Assembly (NCBI GenBank): GCA_024704765.1
Contig: JAKMXF010000222.1
Span: forward strand, 124,001 to 188,000
Length of the DNA stretch: 64,000 nt
Reading direction: 5' to 3'
DNA from: Oopsacas minuta
Lineage: Eukaryota > Animalia > Porifera
The notes beneath the pieces are model-generated. The model did not search any database. It had not been told where the DNA came from and saw only the letters and a list, made by a program, of their open reading frames with translations. The stretch's first letter is position 1. Each line of letters starts with the position of its first letter. Below, piece after piece: positions 12,647 through 24,072 of this stretch. Made by a program: the position numbers and the translations under genes.

Positions 12647-13960
12647 TTAATTAACCTGATGAACATCTTCAATAGTAGGAGGGGATACAGCTGTATAGCT
12701 AGGATGAGAGGGTATATGAGAACTTGTAATCGGTTTGAAGGTGGGGTCTGGTTGGTAAACTGGTTGCTGTGTGTGATGAAATGTTCCTTCTGGAATGTCC
12801 AGGTTGAATTCAGTGGGTGGGGCAGTGGGAAGACCAGAGGAGGGGGACACAATAGTTTGGGGTGAGAACTGAGTTGTGAAGAGATTTTTAGCAGAGGCAG
12901 TAGGTATAGGAGATTTCTTATCTACTTCCTGTCTTCTGTTTAGCTGTGTTGTGTCTTGTACAGGAGGGATATAAGGTTCTTGTATAGTGAAATCTTTGAT
13001 GGGAGCATGGATTAATGATTGATCTTGATCTGCTACTACGTTTTTTTCTGATAAAACTTGCTCTTGATTATGAGTTGTAAATATTTCTTGTATTGTTACA
13101 GGTTTTTTCTCAATATTCGTCTGAACATTTTCCTGTATTGTTACAGGTTTCTTCTCAATATTCGTCTGAACATTTTCCTGTATTGTTACAGGTTTCTTCT
13201 CAATATTCGTCTGAACATTTTCTTGTATTTTTCTCTGTGGTGAAGCAGGTAATAACTGGACATTAGCAAACTCACTGACTAGCTTATCTCTCTTCTCTCC
13301 TACTTCAATATCACTTTTACGCGGTGTACTCCTATCTTGTAAATTATTTTCAGAAATATTTGGTATTCGATGTAGATAACCAGTACCTACTCCACACCCT
13401 AAACTGCCTTCACCGCCCCAATTTTGATCTGGGATTATTACGACATCGCGACATTTATCACTAGCCACATTATAAACGAATAGTTTAACTTCTCTTCTAT
13501 TATTCTGCTCTATAAACGTGTCAAATTCCTCTTCCATCATTTCGTAACCAATGATATAATCAGTGTTAGAACATAGCCCAGCCTTTTGGGCTGGTGAATT
13601 GGGATAAACTTCTAAAATATGCCAAATATTATCCGACACATTTTCAAACGAACAGAACCTTATACTCACTCCTATAACACCCTGTCCTCCCCATTTATTG
13701 TTAGGAACAAGTCCTACTTCCCGCCAGGATCTACCTTTAATATTATACACACCCAATTTTACTTCTCTGTCCAAATGTGCTTTCAAGATCTCGATTAGAG
13801 TATCACTTTCTCTATCCAACCTCAATCCTTGTATTGTTACAATAAAATCGAAGTAAGCTTCAAGTTTTGATAAATCAGCTGGGGATTTGTCCTGTACCTT
13901 GAGTACATGGTACCCGTGTGTACCCCCTCCAGGAATAGGGGTTGATTGGTTACCTCCCAT
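12647..13960 (-). CDS. GORASP2: Golgi reassembly-stacking protein (GRASP55/65 family), intronless
   Basis: Myristoylation-type N-terminus MGGNQS, tandem PDZ-like GRASP domain (GYHVLKVQ, WGGQGVIGVSIRFCSF, WGGEGSLGCGVGTGYLHRIP) and a Pro/Ser/Thr-rich tail. Paralog assignment is uncertain. Confidence 0.92.
   Translation of the reverse strand: MGGNQSTPIPGGGTHGYHVLKVQDKSPADLSKLEAYFDFIVTIQGLRLDRESDTLIEILKAHLDREVKLGVYNIKGRSWREVGLVPNNKWGGQGVIGVSIRFCSFENVSDNIWHILEVYPNSPAQKAGLCSNTDYIIGYEMMEEEFDTFIEQNNRREVKLFVYNVASDKCRDVVIIPDQNWGGEGSLGCGVGTGYLHRIPNISENNLQDRSTPRKSDIEVGEKRDKLVSEFANVQLLPASPQRKIQENVQTNIEKKPVTIQENVQTNIEKKPVTIQENVQTNIEKKPVTIQEIFTTHNQEQVLSEKNVVADQDQSLIHAPIKDFTIQEPYIPPVQDTTQLNRRQEVDKKSPIPTASAKNLFTTQFSPQTIVSPSSGLPTAPPTEFNLDIPEGTFHHTQQPVYQPDPTFKPITSSHIPSHPSYTAVSPPTIEDVHQVN
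13085..13232 (-). repeat. 45-bp coding tandem repeat x3 (IQENVQTNIEKKPVT) in the GRASP tail
   Basis: Three near-identical 15-aa units visible in both DNA and protein. Confidence 0.9.
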
Positions 13961-14009
13961 GGGGTCAGTCTATTAGCTCATAACGAATAAAATACGATAG
14001 TAATAAAAT

Positions 14010-14165
14010 TCAACTCCTGTTATATCGATCATATATGAAGTACCCGCTTATATCAAAGTCTGAAATTATACAAATATGGTCCCAAACCGTCAAAGTAACA
14101 TAAATTCCATCGCCTATATCGAAGCAATTATCGCGGTCCCCTTGAGGTTCGATATAACAATTAAA
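14010..14165. mobile_element. Family B MITE between AP2S1 and GRASP
   Basis: caactcctgttatatcga...tggtcccaaaccgtcaaagtaacat...cgcggtccccttgaggttcgatataac. Confidence 0.75.
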
Positions 14166-14276
14166 ACCGTTCAAAGTTCGTATTTTAACACAATACTCAG
14201 TACATATAATATACAACACTATCAAGCTCTATACTAGCTCTATTGCACACTTATAGTTTTAGAAAATGACTAAAAA

Positions 14277-14883
14277 TCAGTCTAGCTTAGTGAGGGTATC
14301 CAAGCGCTGCAATACTTTAGTCTGTGAAGTTTCGCGTATTTCTCCAGCAAGGAACATCTCATCTACAGCAGCATACACCCTATAGAAGTTGAATACTAAA
14401 TCCAACTCACATACGTTATGGAAATGTTCATTCAAAACTTCCACGAAATTGTGAATAGCCTCGAGATACGCCAAGTTGTTGTCAGATACGTCACAGCATA
14501 GACAGAAGTACAGCCCAGCGTACCTATAAATAGATATAAAATAAAACTATTTCATACTTACTAACTCCCTTTACAAATTTCTTTGGATTTTTCATGAATA
14601 TTTTACCCCGAAAATATTCAGAAATATTGCAATAAAACAAATTTACGAGATTTTCAACAATTTCTCCTCAAAATGAAGTGAATTTCGGAAGGGTTTATTA
14701 CCGTCTGTAAATAACTTTAAAATCTCTAAAAGCAACAAAATTAGTATGCTTTGCATCTCTAACAGTAACTATAGCATGCACATCTTCAATCAGTTTCTGC
14801 TTCTCATCTTCCTCAAATAACATATACCATTTAGCTAGCCGAGTCTTACCAGCTCTGTTTTGTATTAAAATGAATCTAATCAT
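14277..14883 (-). CDS. AP2S1: AP-2 complex subunit sigma, two exons
   Basis: [20 protein letters not shown]...[12 protein letters not shown]...[29 protein letters not shown]. Confidence 0.97.
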
Positions 14884-14919
14884 ACTATATGTATAGTTTA
14901 AACATTGTAATAGACTGAC

Positions 14920-15103
14920 CTTATGCTTAATAGATATTTAACCATGGATGGTAAATTTCGTTTTTAAATACAAATCCCCCTCCAACCAAGCGAGGATTGC
15001 CTCAAAATGACCTAAAACAACATCCAATCAGATTAACGAAACCCACCATCCATGGTTAAATAATAATAATAACCACATAGGGAGCATTTTGCCATACCAA
15101 CGT
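14920..15103. mobile_element. Family A element with inverted core, between SUCLG2 and AP2S1
   Basis: About 30-bp inverted repeats; core ccctccaaccaagcgagg is the reverse complement of the core in the other copies. Confidence 0.8.
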
Positions 15104-15210
15104 AGGCAACGTTGTACGTAAAAACTCATCAACCACACATCGATAACTTATAATATATCACATAATTGGATATCAGTAGCAATAAGTAGTGAATAATATT
15201 ATTCGTATTA

Positions 15211-16637
15211 TTATTTGACAAATGACGTGACCTTCTCTGCGGCCATTGCCATATCATCAGCACTTATTATATTAAGTCCAGAATCTTCTAGAATCTTCTT
15301 CGCTTTGTCTCCGTTATTTCCTTCCAGCCTCGCGACTATTGGCACTTTCAACTCTAACTTTTTACAAGCAGCAACAATACCATTAGCAATTATCCTGCAG
15401 TCAACTATTCCACCGAAAATATTCACAAGGATAGCATTTACCTAAAACAAAGGAATTAAGTACGATTTGATGGATATACTTTCCAACTCAGGGAAATATT
15501 TGCAATTCTATGTGCATTTTTCCCAAATAATAATTACCTGGAAATTAGTATAAGTGGTTTGTAAATATACTAGTGACCCTGAATAATTATGAAATCACAA
15601 ACCTGAGGATCTTGAGTAATAATCTGGAAGGCAGCCTGCACTTGACTTTCCTGTACACCACCTCCACAATCCAGGAAATTAGCAGGCTCTCCATTATACA
15701 GTTTAATAATATCCATGGTTGCCATTGCTAATCCAGCCCCATTAACAAGACATCCTATATTCCCTGACATACCGACATAGCTCAGATTAGATTCTTGTGC
15801 TGCTAGCTCTCTAGGATCTGTCTCTGAATGATCCTGCATTTCAAATATCTTCCCTTGACGAAATTTCGCGTTATCATCAAAATTAATTTTAGCATCAAAA
15901 CACACTACTTCTCCTTCCCTCGTTAACCCTAATGGATTAATCTCTATCTGCGTAGCATCTACTGACGTGAACATTTTATACAGTTGTCTAATCTGTTTCG
16001 CGGTTATGTGAACAGCTTCACCTTTGAACCCTAAAGATTTCGCGATTTCAACTGAAGTATCATCATTTAAACCTTGGTCAATATCAATTGGATATTTGAA
16101 TATTCTCTCAGGGAGATTAGCAGCTACTTCCTCAATATCAACTCCACCATCAGTACTAGCTACTATAACAGGACCTCCAGCTGCCCTATCCAGTAGAATA
16201 GCTAAGTATCTTTCTTCTGTAATGTCCAATGCTCTTGCTATCATTACTTTATTAACCGTTACTCCATCAGGTGGAGTTTGCTTAGTTACCAGTTTAGCTC
16301 CAAGCATTTGACCAGCTAACCTTTCTACGTCATCAAGACTGTTAACTAGCTTCACTCCACCTACTAATCCGTTATCAAACTTACCCTTACCTCTCCCTCC
16401 AGCTAGAATCTGTGATTTTACTACATACTCAGTAACGTTAAGGCTACGCGCGGCTTCTAACGCCTCTTTAGCTGTACTAGCTATACCAAAAGGCTGCGTA
16501 TTAATACCAAATGATTGCATAAGCTCTTTGCTCTGATATTCATGTAAACTGAGACAGCGGGTTTGTGTAAGGAGAGTATTCAGTCTTGATGACTGTATGG
16601 TGCGTTGTGCGGATAATAGGAATTTGAATAAACTCAT
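15211..16637 (-). CDS. SUCLG2: Succinyl-CoA ligase beta subunit, GDP-forming type, mitochondrial; two exons
   Basis: [54 protein letters not shown]. Targeting-like N-terminus; intron about 15442-15602. Confidence 0.9.
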
Positions 16638-16691
16638 ATTTCTAAATATATTTGGGTATAATGTTACGTCATTTTCTAATTGATAATTATT

Positions 16692-16783
16692 TACAGTCAA
16701 CTCTCCTTATAGGGCAATACTCGCTTATATCGAACTAATTATCACGGTCCCTTGAGCTTCGATATTACGGAAGTTGACTGTAT
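16692..16783. mobile_element. Family B MITE, short copy filling most of the TADA1-SUCLG2 gap
   Basis: tacagtcaactc ... atcacggtcccttgagcttcgatattacggaagttgactgta. Confidence 0.78.
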
Positions 16784-16798
16784 CATATAAGCACTATA

Positions 16799-17578
16799 TT
16801 ATGATGGATGCCATAATTGCGACAATAACCGTTCATAATTTCGCGAAAACACAGTATGTGAGCAAATAACACTTTTGTATAGAGGTAGTATGTCTCTAGC
16901 ATCAAACAATGTAATTTTGTTATCAGGATATGGCAATGTAGTGTATTTTCTAAGAGACATCAAAGATATTGGCATTTCATAGTTTGGAGTTCTATCATTG
17001 GGAGTTGAACCAGGGATTGTGTATTTGTATTGTTTGCTAGTGAAGTCAACATTCCTTCTTCTCTTCAATCGACCCTTTTTGAAGGCTAAAAATGAGCATA
17101 TGTTCTTTAGAAATTCCTCCATCGCGAAAAATAACAACTCTTCAACTCTATTCCCAGAATCTTCAAGATTTTGTTCCCATAAGTGCAAAATAATCCGCGA
17201 TTTAATACTCGGAATATCTGGTAAGTATATATCATTCGGACAGAACGAAAGTTCTAGAACATTCTCAGCAGTTAGATTACCAGTTGACTGAGTATCAAAT
17301 ATAGTTGGATTGTAAATATTCGCATAAGTTCCATCAGCAACGAATGGATTAGACTCATCAGGAGTAGAAGGAGTAAATGACTTTAATAAAATAGCCATAA
17401 TAAACTGATTGTGTAAACAGAAGCTTTTTTCTGGCAACAGAGTTCTTGTAAGTTTATCAAACTCATCTTTAGTGATTTTCTGTTTGCACCATCTTTTTAA
17501 GATTTCTAGATATCTTGGTAGATTACCCTCTAGAACTTCTGATAGCTGTTTCTTTGCCTCCCAAAGTTCTACAGCCAT
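16799..17578 (-). CDS. TADA1: SAGA subunit TADA1-like
   Basis: MAVELWEAKKQLSEVL...WCKQKITKDEFD...HNQFIMAIL matches the Tad1 N-terminus. The longer ORF-track start runs into a MITE. Confidence 0.85.
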   Translation of the reverse strand: MAVELWEAKKQLSEVLEGNLPRYLEILKRWCKQKITKDEFDKLTRTLLPEKSFCLHNQFIMAILLKSFTPSTPDESNPFVADGTYANIYNPTIFDTQSTGNLTAENVLELSFCPNDIYLPDIPSIKSRIILHLWEQNLEDSGNRVEELLFFAMEEFLKNICSFLAFKKGRLKRRRNVDFTSKQYKYTIPGSTPNDRTPNYEMPISLMSLRKYTTLPYPDNKITLFDARDILPLYKSVICSHTVFSRNYERLLSQLWHPS

Positions 17579-17890
17579 TTGACTTATAATTATGGATACA
17601 AATTTTATACAGTGAAAATCTCCATAAACGAGTTGTGAAAATAAATAGAGCGAATTCGGAGTCCTATTCAAATGAACCTTAATAAACATGGAATTTCCCT
17701 CACGTTTGTGGAGGTTACACTATACCACAGCATATCAGTAACCCAACAAAATAGTGTAATTATTTCAAATAATTTACAACAAATCTTCTAATATACCCTA
17801 ATTGGTAATGTTTGTAACTATCAAAACTATGATTATAATACTAAACACAACAAAATACAAAGTATAAGATAGTGAGCCCACACTAAATTC

Positions 17891-18787
17891 TTATTTTTTG
17901 TTGAATTTTACGAAGTAATCCTTTACAAGCGCGTAATGGCCTTTGTTAATAAAGGAGAAGGAAATAACATTAAAGTATATTTGTTCACTTGATCCGAAGA
18001 AGGATGGACTTTGAACTTCCTGTAGTTCAGAGGATCTACGCTTTGAAGCTACATCTCTTGAGCGGCACTCCAACCAGACAAGTTTAGGTGATTTCACCTC
18101 TAAATCTCCTAGGGATAGAGTCAGGAGGTAATCATGAAGTCCTAGTATAGTATTGGTGTCCTCTGGAGCTGAGTGATGTATCATAGAATCTTCTCCCCAA
18201 TTCTCAGCCATTTCCAACTCTTTCGGAGCGATTAAAATGACAGAACCTTTCATTTGTCGCAGTTTAGCACCTGAATCTTCTTTCGGTACAAGTTTAGATT
18301 TGAAACCGAGTTCAAACATAGTTTTAACATCAACCCATTTGACTGGGTCAGGTGCTGTCTTAGAATTTCGCAAGACAACAGTAACTTTCTCATTAGGATT
18401 ACTACCAAGAAAAGCCTCAATTTCCATTGTGGCATCCCCTAATAGCATGCAAGCCTCGCCGTAATATAACCATACATCGTTCTTGTGCGAGGCTAACTGA
18501 AAGTCTAACAGTCTAACACCGAATTTCAATTGGTCTCTTATGGATATATCCTGGTATTGATGTTCCCCCTTAAATGCACCAGAATCATGACTTCCCAGCA
18601 TAATGATCTCATTCAGTGTTAGTTCATTCGTAAGTGCACCCATCCAATTGGAAGCTAGCGGACTTCCTTTACCAAACACAGAGCTTAATGCAGGATTCTT
18701 TGTCAATTTAGATGCAATGTAATCTGATTGGATTAATGAATCTTCTTTTTCAAGCTTGGGGGCTTCGCTTTCATTAGCAGTTGCCAT
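17891..18787 (-). CDS. PI-PLC X-domain-like protein, paralog 1, intronless
   Basis: NWMGAL...LNEIIMLGSHDSG...SIRDQLKFGVRLLD is typical of the PI-PLC X-box TIM barrel. Confidence 0.8.
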   Translation of the reverse strand: MATANESEAPKLEKEDSLIQSDYIASKLTKNPALSSVFGKGSPLASNWMGALTNELTLNEIIMLGSHDSGAFKGEHQYQDISIRDQLKFGVRLLDFQLASHKNDVWLYYGEACMLLGDATMEIEAFLGSNPNEKVTVVLRNSKTAPDPVKWVDVKTMFELGFKSKLVPKEDSGAKLRQMKGSVILIAPKELEMAENWGEDSMIHHSAPEDTNTILGLHDYLLTLSLGDLEVKSPKLVWLECRSRDVASKRRSSELQEVQSPSFFGSSEQIYFNVISFSFINKGHYALVKDYFVKFNKK

Positions 18788-19478
18788 CTTACAATAAATT
18801 TGGATTTGATTTCGCTAAGTATATTAATAGGACGGTAAATGCATACGTAACATTATGTACATTATAAAGAGATATTAATATACCTGTAATTGGCAACAGT
18901 TATATATTTAGAATATCACTGTTTACTTATATATTCGTATACAAAACTGATAGGAACAATTATAGCATAGGGTCTCACATTAGCCATTATGATCATGAAA
19001 AACGAAGCATGAACGTATAAACATTGAATAAGTATACATATTTTAAGAAATTACAAAGTCCTATATTTATTATTAAGAAAATTCCCAAAAGAATCAAAAT
19101 CCAGAATAGAAAGGTAATTTGAGCTTTTCAAAAGTTCTCAAATTTCCCACTCTGAACAATTATAATTCATGCCATTTTAATGAACGAGCACGCTTTGCTT
19201 GCTCGCGATCACATGGGCCTCGGCACTACTTGCCTCGAATTAAAACTATAGTACAACAAAATCAAAATTTATGAAATATAAACCACATACATATACTGTC
19301 AAAACAGGTTGAAACATAATGTACAAAACTTCAATATTATTGAGGAAATTCCAATTTAAAATCCTGCAAAGTAATTCGAGCTTTTGAAGGTTATCGTAAG
19401 AATCACGATAATGATCTAATAATAGAACATGATTAATAGCTCCTCCTTATAGTTTTCTCAAATAACATGGCAATCATA

Positions 19479-19624
19479 CTACAGTGAAACCTCCACAAAC
19501 GGGGCATGTGGAAACAGAGTGAAACAATAGAGCGAATTCATAGTCCCATGCGAATGAACATCCACAAACACGGGGTAGCATTTTACGGTGTCCACGGTAC
19601 CCCGTTGGTGGAGGTTACACTGTA
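19479..19624. mobile_element. Family C MITE (TA-CAGTGAAACCTCC termini) between the PI-PLC paralogs
   Basis: tacagtgaaacctccacaaacgggg ... ccccgttggtggaggttacactgta. Related copies at about 17617-17725, 25150-25270 and 51903-51950. Confidence 0.82.
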
Positions 19625-19716
19625 GGTTGAATACTGATAGGATATACACAAGTATAAAATTAATTACAATCTCTCATAGACCAAATAATACAAATATTCT
19701 CAAATATACAATCAAG

Positions 19717-20595
19717 CTACTGATTATTTGCCCAAATCCTGAAATACTCCTTGATCAGTGAAAAATGTGTGTTATCTACAAACGAAAAAGAGACAACATT
19801 AAAATGCAATCTCTCCTTTGCACTGAAAAAACTAGAGTCTTGTACTGTCAATATTTCCTCGCTAACACGTTTACTTATCTCGCTACGAGATCGACATTCA
19901 ACCCAAACAATTTTATCACCTTTTTCTTTCAAAAAATTTCCTTTAGTTAAACCCATAAGAAATTCATTGAGATTATTTTCAGTTGTCGCATGTTTTAAAA
20001 GTAACTCCAAACCAACATTTCGTTCCATGTGCAGCTCACCAGGTCCCATAAGAATTACATTACCATTCATCTCGTTAATATTCACATCAACTTGGTCTTT
20101 ACTCACTAACACAGCTGTAAGGTTATCCTCAAAACACTGTTTAACTGTAGCCCAATCCACGAGGGTATTGCAAGTAAGAGATTGTCTTAAACTTATAATA
20201 ACCCTCTCTGCAGGTTGTGAATTCACGAATTGATCAATTTCGATTAATACCTCTTTCAATAGCACACAAGGCTCTCCATAGAACAGCCATATAGCATTCT
20301 CATACTCACCAACCTGTATATCTAAGAAACGAACTCCCCAGAATAGCTGCTGTAAAATCGAACCAGATTGGTACTTCATTTTCCCACTAATAGCCCCTGA
20401 ATCATGACTACCTAACAGGTATAAATCTCTCAATTTGAATTGTCTGTTAAGTCTTCCCATCCAGTTTTTACCTAGCACCTTAATCCCTCTCTTAAACAGC
20501 ACGGTACTAGAATTATAGCTAGATGCTCTCGTTTTGAAAAGACAATCAGAAGATATTTCTTCCTCAGAATCGTCAATGTTTGAACCAGTAGCCAT
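19717..20595 (-). CDS. PI-PLC X-domain-like protein, paralog 2, intronless tandem duplicate
   Basis: NWMGRL...LLGSHDSG...SILQQLFWGVRFLD. Colinear with paralog 1, including the C-terminal WxECRSR and HFNVVSFSFV segments. Confidence 0.8.
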   Translation of the reverse strand: MATGSNIDDSEEEISSDCLFKTRASSYNSSTVLFKRGIKVLGKNWMGRLNRQFKLRDLYLLGSHDSGAISGKMKYQSGSILQQLFWGVRFLDIQVGEYENAIWLFYGEPCVLLKEVLIEIDQFVNSQPAERVIISLRQSLTCNTLVDWATVKQCFEDNLTAVLVSKDQVDVNINEMNGNVILMGPGELHMERNVGLELLLKHATTENNLNEFLMGLTKGNFLKEKGDKIVWVECRSRSEISKRVSEEILTVQDSSFFSAKERLHFNVVSFSFVDNTHFSLIKEYFRIWANNQ

Positions 20596-20999
20596 TAGGT
20601 TTAGTCTTAGAAACAATAAACTAATATCCTTGGTAAATATAATAAAAGTATTTGCCCAAAATGTATATTTATAAGATTTTGTTACAAAATGCTCAGATCT
20701 CTAATACAGAGGTTCCCAACCCTTCAACCATGGACCCTCTCCCATAGACTGCAATACAAATTCTGAGATCCTGTGGACCCGCTGCTGGCCCATGTAACCC
20801 AAGTTAAGGCCCGCTCCTAAAAAATATCCCTGGTCTAGTTTGCATAAATATTTTTCGTTAAGATTGATAAGAAATCTAATTAATAATTAATAAGCTATGT
20901 ACAAATATACTATTATTAGATTATCAATAAATAAATAATAGATAGAATGGAATGCAGTTTATATATTTCAAAATAATTTGTCAATACAAACAGCTGTTG

Positions 21000-22391
21000 C
21001 TACATATTATTAATATTGTGATGTTTGAGTGTTTTCGCTAATCCATATGCTTCGCGTAGCATTATAAGACGTGGTCCCATAGGTATATTCAATAGTATAA
21101 GATGTTCTTCCGACATGTGAAAAAGCGCAGATAGAGTTATTTCCTCCTTCTCAAAATTTGATAGATAGCGTTCATAACCAAAGCGTCTTAAGAATGAAGA
21201 AAGGTCTTCTGTATGTGGGGGTACTTCACCGAAAAACTTTTCAATCTTTTTCTTATTTCCAGTCCGTAGTTCGTTATCTTTTACAGATGCAGTTTCGTTT
21301 GATTTCGTCTCATCTTCTTGCGCTAAGTTCGTTTGGGAAATTCGCTTGCCTAATCTAGACAGCTTATTTGCACCATACTTTTGTATATTTGAATCGACTG
21401 AAGTAGTCCTGCCAATATTCTTATCCCTGGTGTGTTTAGCAGTAGCTGGAGGAATATTTATCGATTCACAAGATTCTTTCCGCGTTGGTGATAACGACTG
21501 TTCCGCGAATTCACGTCTCTCAAGCGGATCTCTATTGAACCTAGTTTCCGCGAGATCACTTTGTAAACTCTCCATTCTCCGTCGCATATCAGACTGGAAT
21601 TTTTTCTGACTTTCCTTGAGTTGTGTAATCTCATTCGCTACTGTATTGAATTGTCTCATAATCTCTACTACTAAAGAATCATAGCGTTTCAATGTATTAC
21701 TGATTCTCTTCATATATCCTTCCATATCATGCTTAGCTTTCTTACGATCTGTCAACCAGAGACCTTTGACTAGTGACAACTCTTGAAGAATTGAACATCT
21801 CTCTTGATTGAACATTTCCAATAAAATTTCCATTTCTGAGTGTATCTCATAAGCTACGTCATTTGATACTTGAGTAATGTGTAGATTAGAGTTAGATGGA
21901 GAAAGTGAAGGTGAGGGAGGAGTTGAAGATGTTTTGGAGTTAGAATCTGACTTTTTACTCGCTAATAATCGTTCTAAAGCTGGGAAATTCATAACTCCAC
22001 TCAAAGAGCTCCGTTTCGTAGAACTAGATAGCATATTAGGAGGATTTGACACGGGTAAGGGAGGAGGTGATGGGCTACTAGGCTCATGGGTCTGTGAATT
22101 CATGTTTGGAGATGGAGGACGTTTGGGTAGCATCTTAGTTAGATTCGTAAACCGACTCAATGCATTTGATTCTTGTTCTAATTTAGATTTACTATTATTC
22201 TGTGTTTGTAAAGTGATTGGGTTGAAGATAAATTTTTCTTTAGAAGACCGTAGCGGATTGGCAGTTGGTTGTGAAGTACGTTGGTTAGCAACAGCCAAAG
22301 CATCTGAGTTAGACTGCACGCGGGGACGAGATAGCGATGATGTAAGCAAGCCAGGAGAAGACACTGAATTGTTTGTTGTTATAGGCTCCAT
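21000..22391 (-). CDS. Uncharacterised protein: Ser/Pro-rich N-terminus, central coiled coil, C-terminal SAM domain
   Basis: 463-aa ORF. C-terminus EDLSSFLRRFGYERYLSNFEKEEITLSALFHMSEEHLILLNIPMGPRLIML fits the SAM consensus. Confidence 0.75.
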   Translation of the reverse strand: MEPITTNNSVSSPGLLTSSLSRPRVQSNSDALAVANQRTSQPTANPLRSSKEKFIFNPITLQTQNNSKSKLEQESNALSRFTNLTKMLPKRPPSPNMNSQTHEPSSPSPPPLPVSNPPNMLSSSTKRSSLSGVMNFPALERLLASKKSDSNSKTSSTPPSPSLSPSNSNLHITQVSNDVAYEIHSEMEILLEMFNQERCSILQELSLVKGLWLTDRKKAKHDMEGYMKRISNTLKRYDSLVVEIMRQFNTVANEITQLKESQKKFQSDMRRRMESLQSDLAETRFNRDPLERREFAEQSLSPTRKESCESINIPPATAKHTRDKNIGRTTSVDSNIQKYGANKLSRLGKRISQTNLAQEDETKSNETASVKDNELRTGNKKKIEKFFGEVPPHTEDLSSFLRRFGYERYLSNFEKEEITLSALFHMSEEHLILLNIPMGPRLIMLREAYGLAKTLKHHNINNM

Positions 22392-22610
22392 ATATCATGC
22401 TACGTAGGCCTAATCAATAATAGCATGTAATTACTATATAGTTTGTGGAAGAACCTTAAACTTTGATAGAAAATAATCAGAATAATTCATGATAATATTT
22501 TGGGCACGTAAGTATTATCATTACTATGTAATTAAAGCTGGAGATATTATCTGCACTTTGGGAGTCATTATTAACATAATCTAATGTTTCTAGAGAGAAT
22601 GTGCTATAAC

Positions 22611-23706
22611 TTAATTGTCTGTATTGTTTGGTGTCTGGACTGGTTCAGCTGTCCCGTGTACATCTGGGTTAATACAGTCCCAAGCTTGATCAGTACCTTC
22701 ATGCCATAAACTCACCTTATTGTCTCCGCTAGAAACCGCGAGGATATTACCCATAAGCGACCAGCTGACATGCCAAATCATATCAGAAAACGGTGGTAAT
22801 ACAACAGTAGTCCACTCTGTTGTCTCAAAGGGTCGTTTCCAAATTATAACACTTAGATCTTGACCTCCTGAAGCTATTACTTCTTCTACAATGCCTGTAG
22901 CTGGTGCCCAGGCTACTGAACGTACCCAATCAGAGTGTTTACTCAGCACCTGAATATGAACATAAAGTAAATAACAACAAAAATCTCAGAATCGATTCTT
23001 ACTTCAATATTCTTCCATTCACCCATTTCATCTCTCTGCCAGATCTTAACCAAATTATCACAGCCACCAGATACAAATCGTACTGGTGCGGGGTCAGCTA
23101 CCATCCCTGGTGCAAGGAACTGTGGATTATGCGGAGGAGCCCAGCTGATACTATTACAACCAATATCATGTGCATTCACGATTTTCTTTTCCTGCCACTC
23201 TCCAGTCGGTGTGTGTGTCACGACAGATATAGCACCGTCACTAGAGGCACATGCTACTGTGAGATCCCATTCTGGCGGCGAGAAGTCTATACTATTGACA
23301 GATGACGTATGTCCTCTGTATTCGTGCAAGACATCCCAACTACCATCATCTTTTTCTTGCCAGAAAAGTATTCGTCTAAATTTAAAGGAAATAAACATTT
23401 TTTGGATCTTTTATCAATACATACATACCTATCGTATGAACATGTTGCTAGGACAGAGCCGAACTTAGGATGCGCCCATGATACCTGCCAAACGGGCCCC
23501 TCATGCCTGTTAAGTTTCGCGGTTTGTTGATGAGAACCGTCAGATAGAATCCTGAAAATCTTCACTGAGTGATCAGAAGAACAAGTAGCTAACCGTTTAC
23601 CGTAGAAATCTAACTGAGCATCATGTATTATATCTTCATGTCCTGTCTCTATTGTGTTTAGTACACCCACTGGTGTAGCTGGTGGGATTGTACCGGAAGT
23701 AGCCAT
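22611..23706 (-). CDS. SEC13: COPII/nucleoporin SEC13, three exons
   Basis: [66 protein letters not shown]; two short GT-AG introns. Confidence 0.97.
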
Positions 23707-24072
23707 TATCTTTATACGGAAAAAGCTACTATGAATAGTAATATATTTATTGGTATAACTACAAATTGTTACATTCAGTTTTCTTTTTTTCTATATGTAA
23801 ATTTTGGGATGGAATACGGGGAATAATGAGAAATCCTGGGATTTGCAATTGAGTATGCGATTTTATAACTAATAAAATAAATGGATATCTAGCATTTCGT
23901 TCCGCGGATATTTCTCAGATTATTTCTTCGCCTCACCTATTCCTTACAAAAGTTCACCCACATACAAATATAATAAGAAAGCACATTCGTACACATAAAA
24001 TTTCACAAATAAGTAATCATTACAATATACACAAAGAGAATAGATTGACAAAATATTATAAGTGATCCCTTC

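Noticed and set aside
17579-17689. N-terminal extension of TADA1 in the ORF track (also SUCLG2, ATP23 and KATNB1 11379-11423 extensions)
   Set aside because: The extensions overlap MITE, intron or intergenic sequence and start at non-ATG codons or lack homology.
20706-20820. hAT-like terminus (CAGAGGTTCCCAACC), and similarly CAGGGGTCCTCA near 41772
   Set aside because: No matching opposite terminus or 8-bp target duplication found, so an element cannot be supported.
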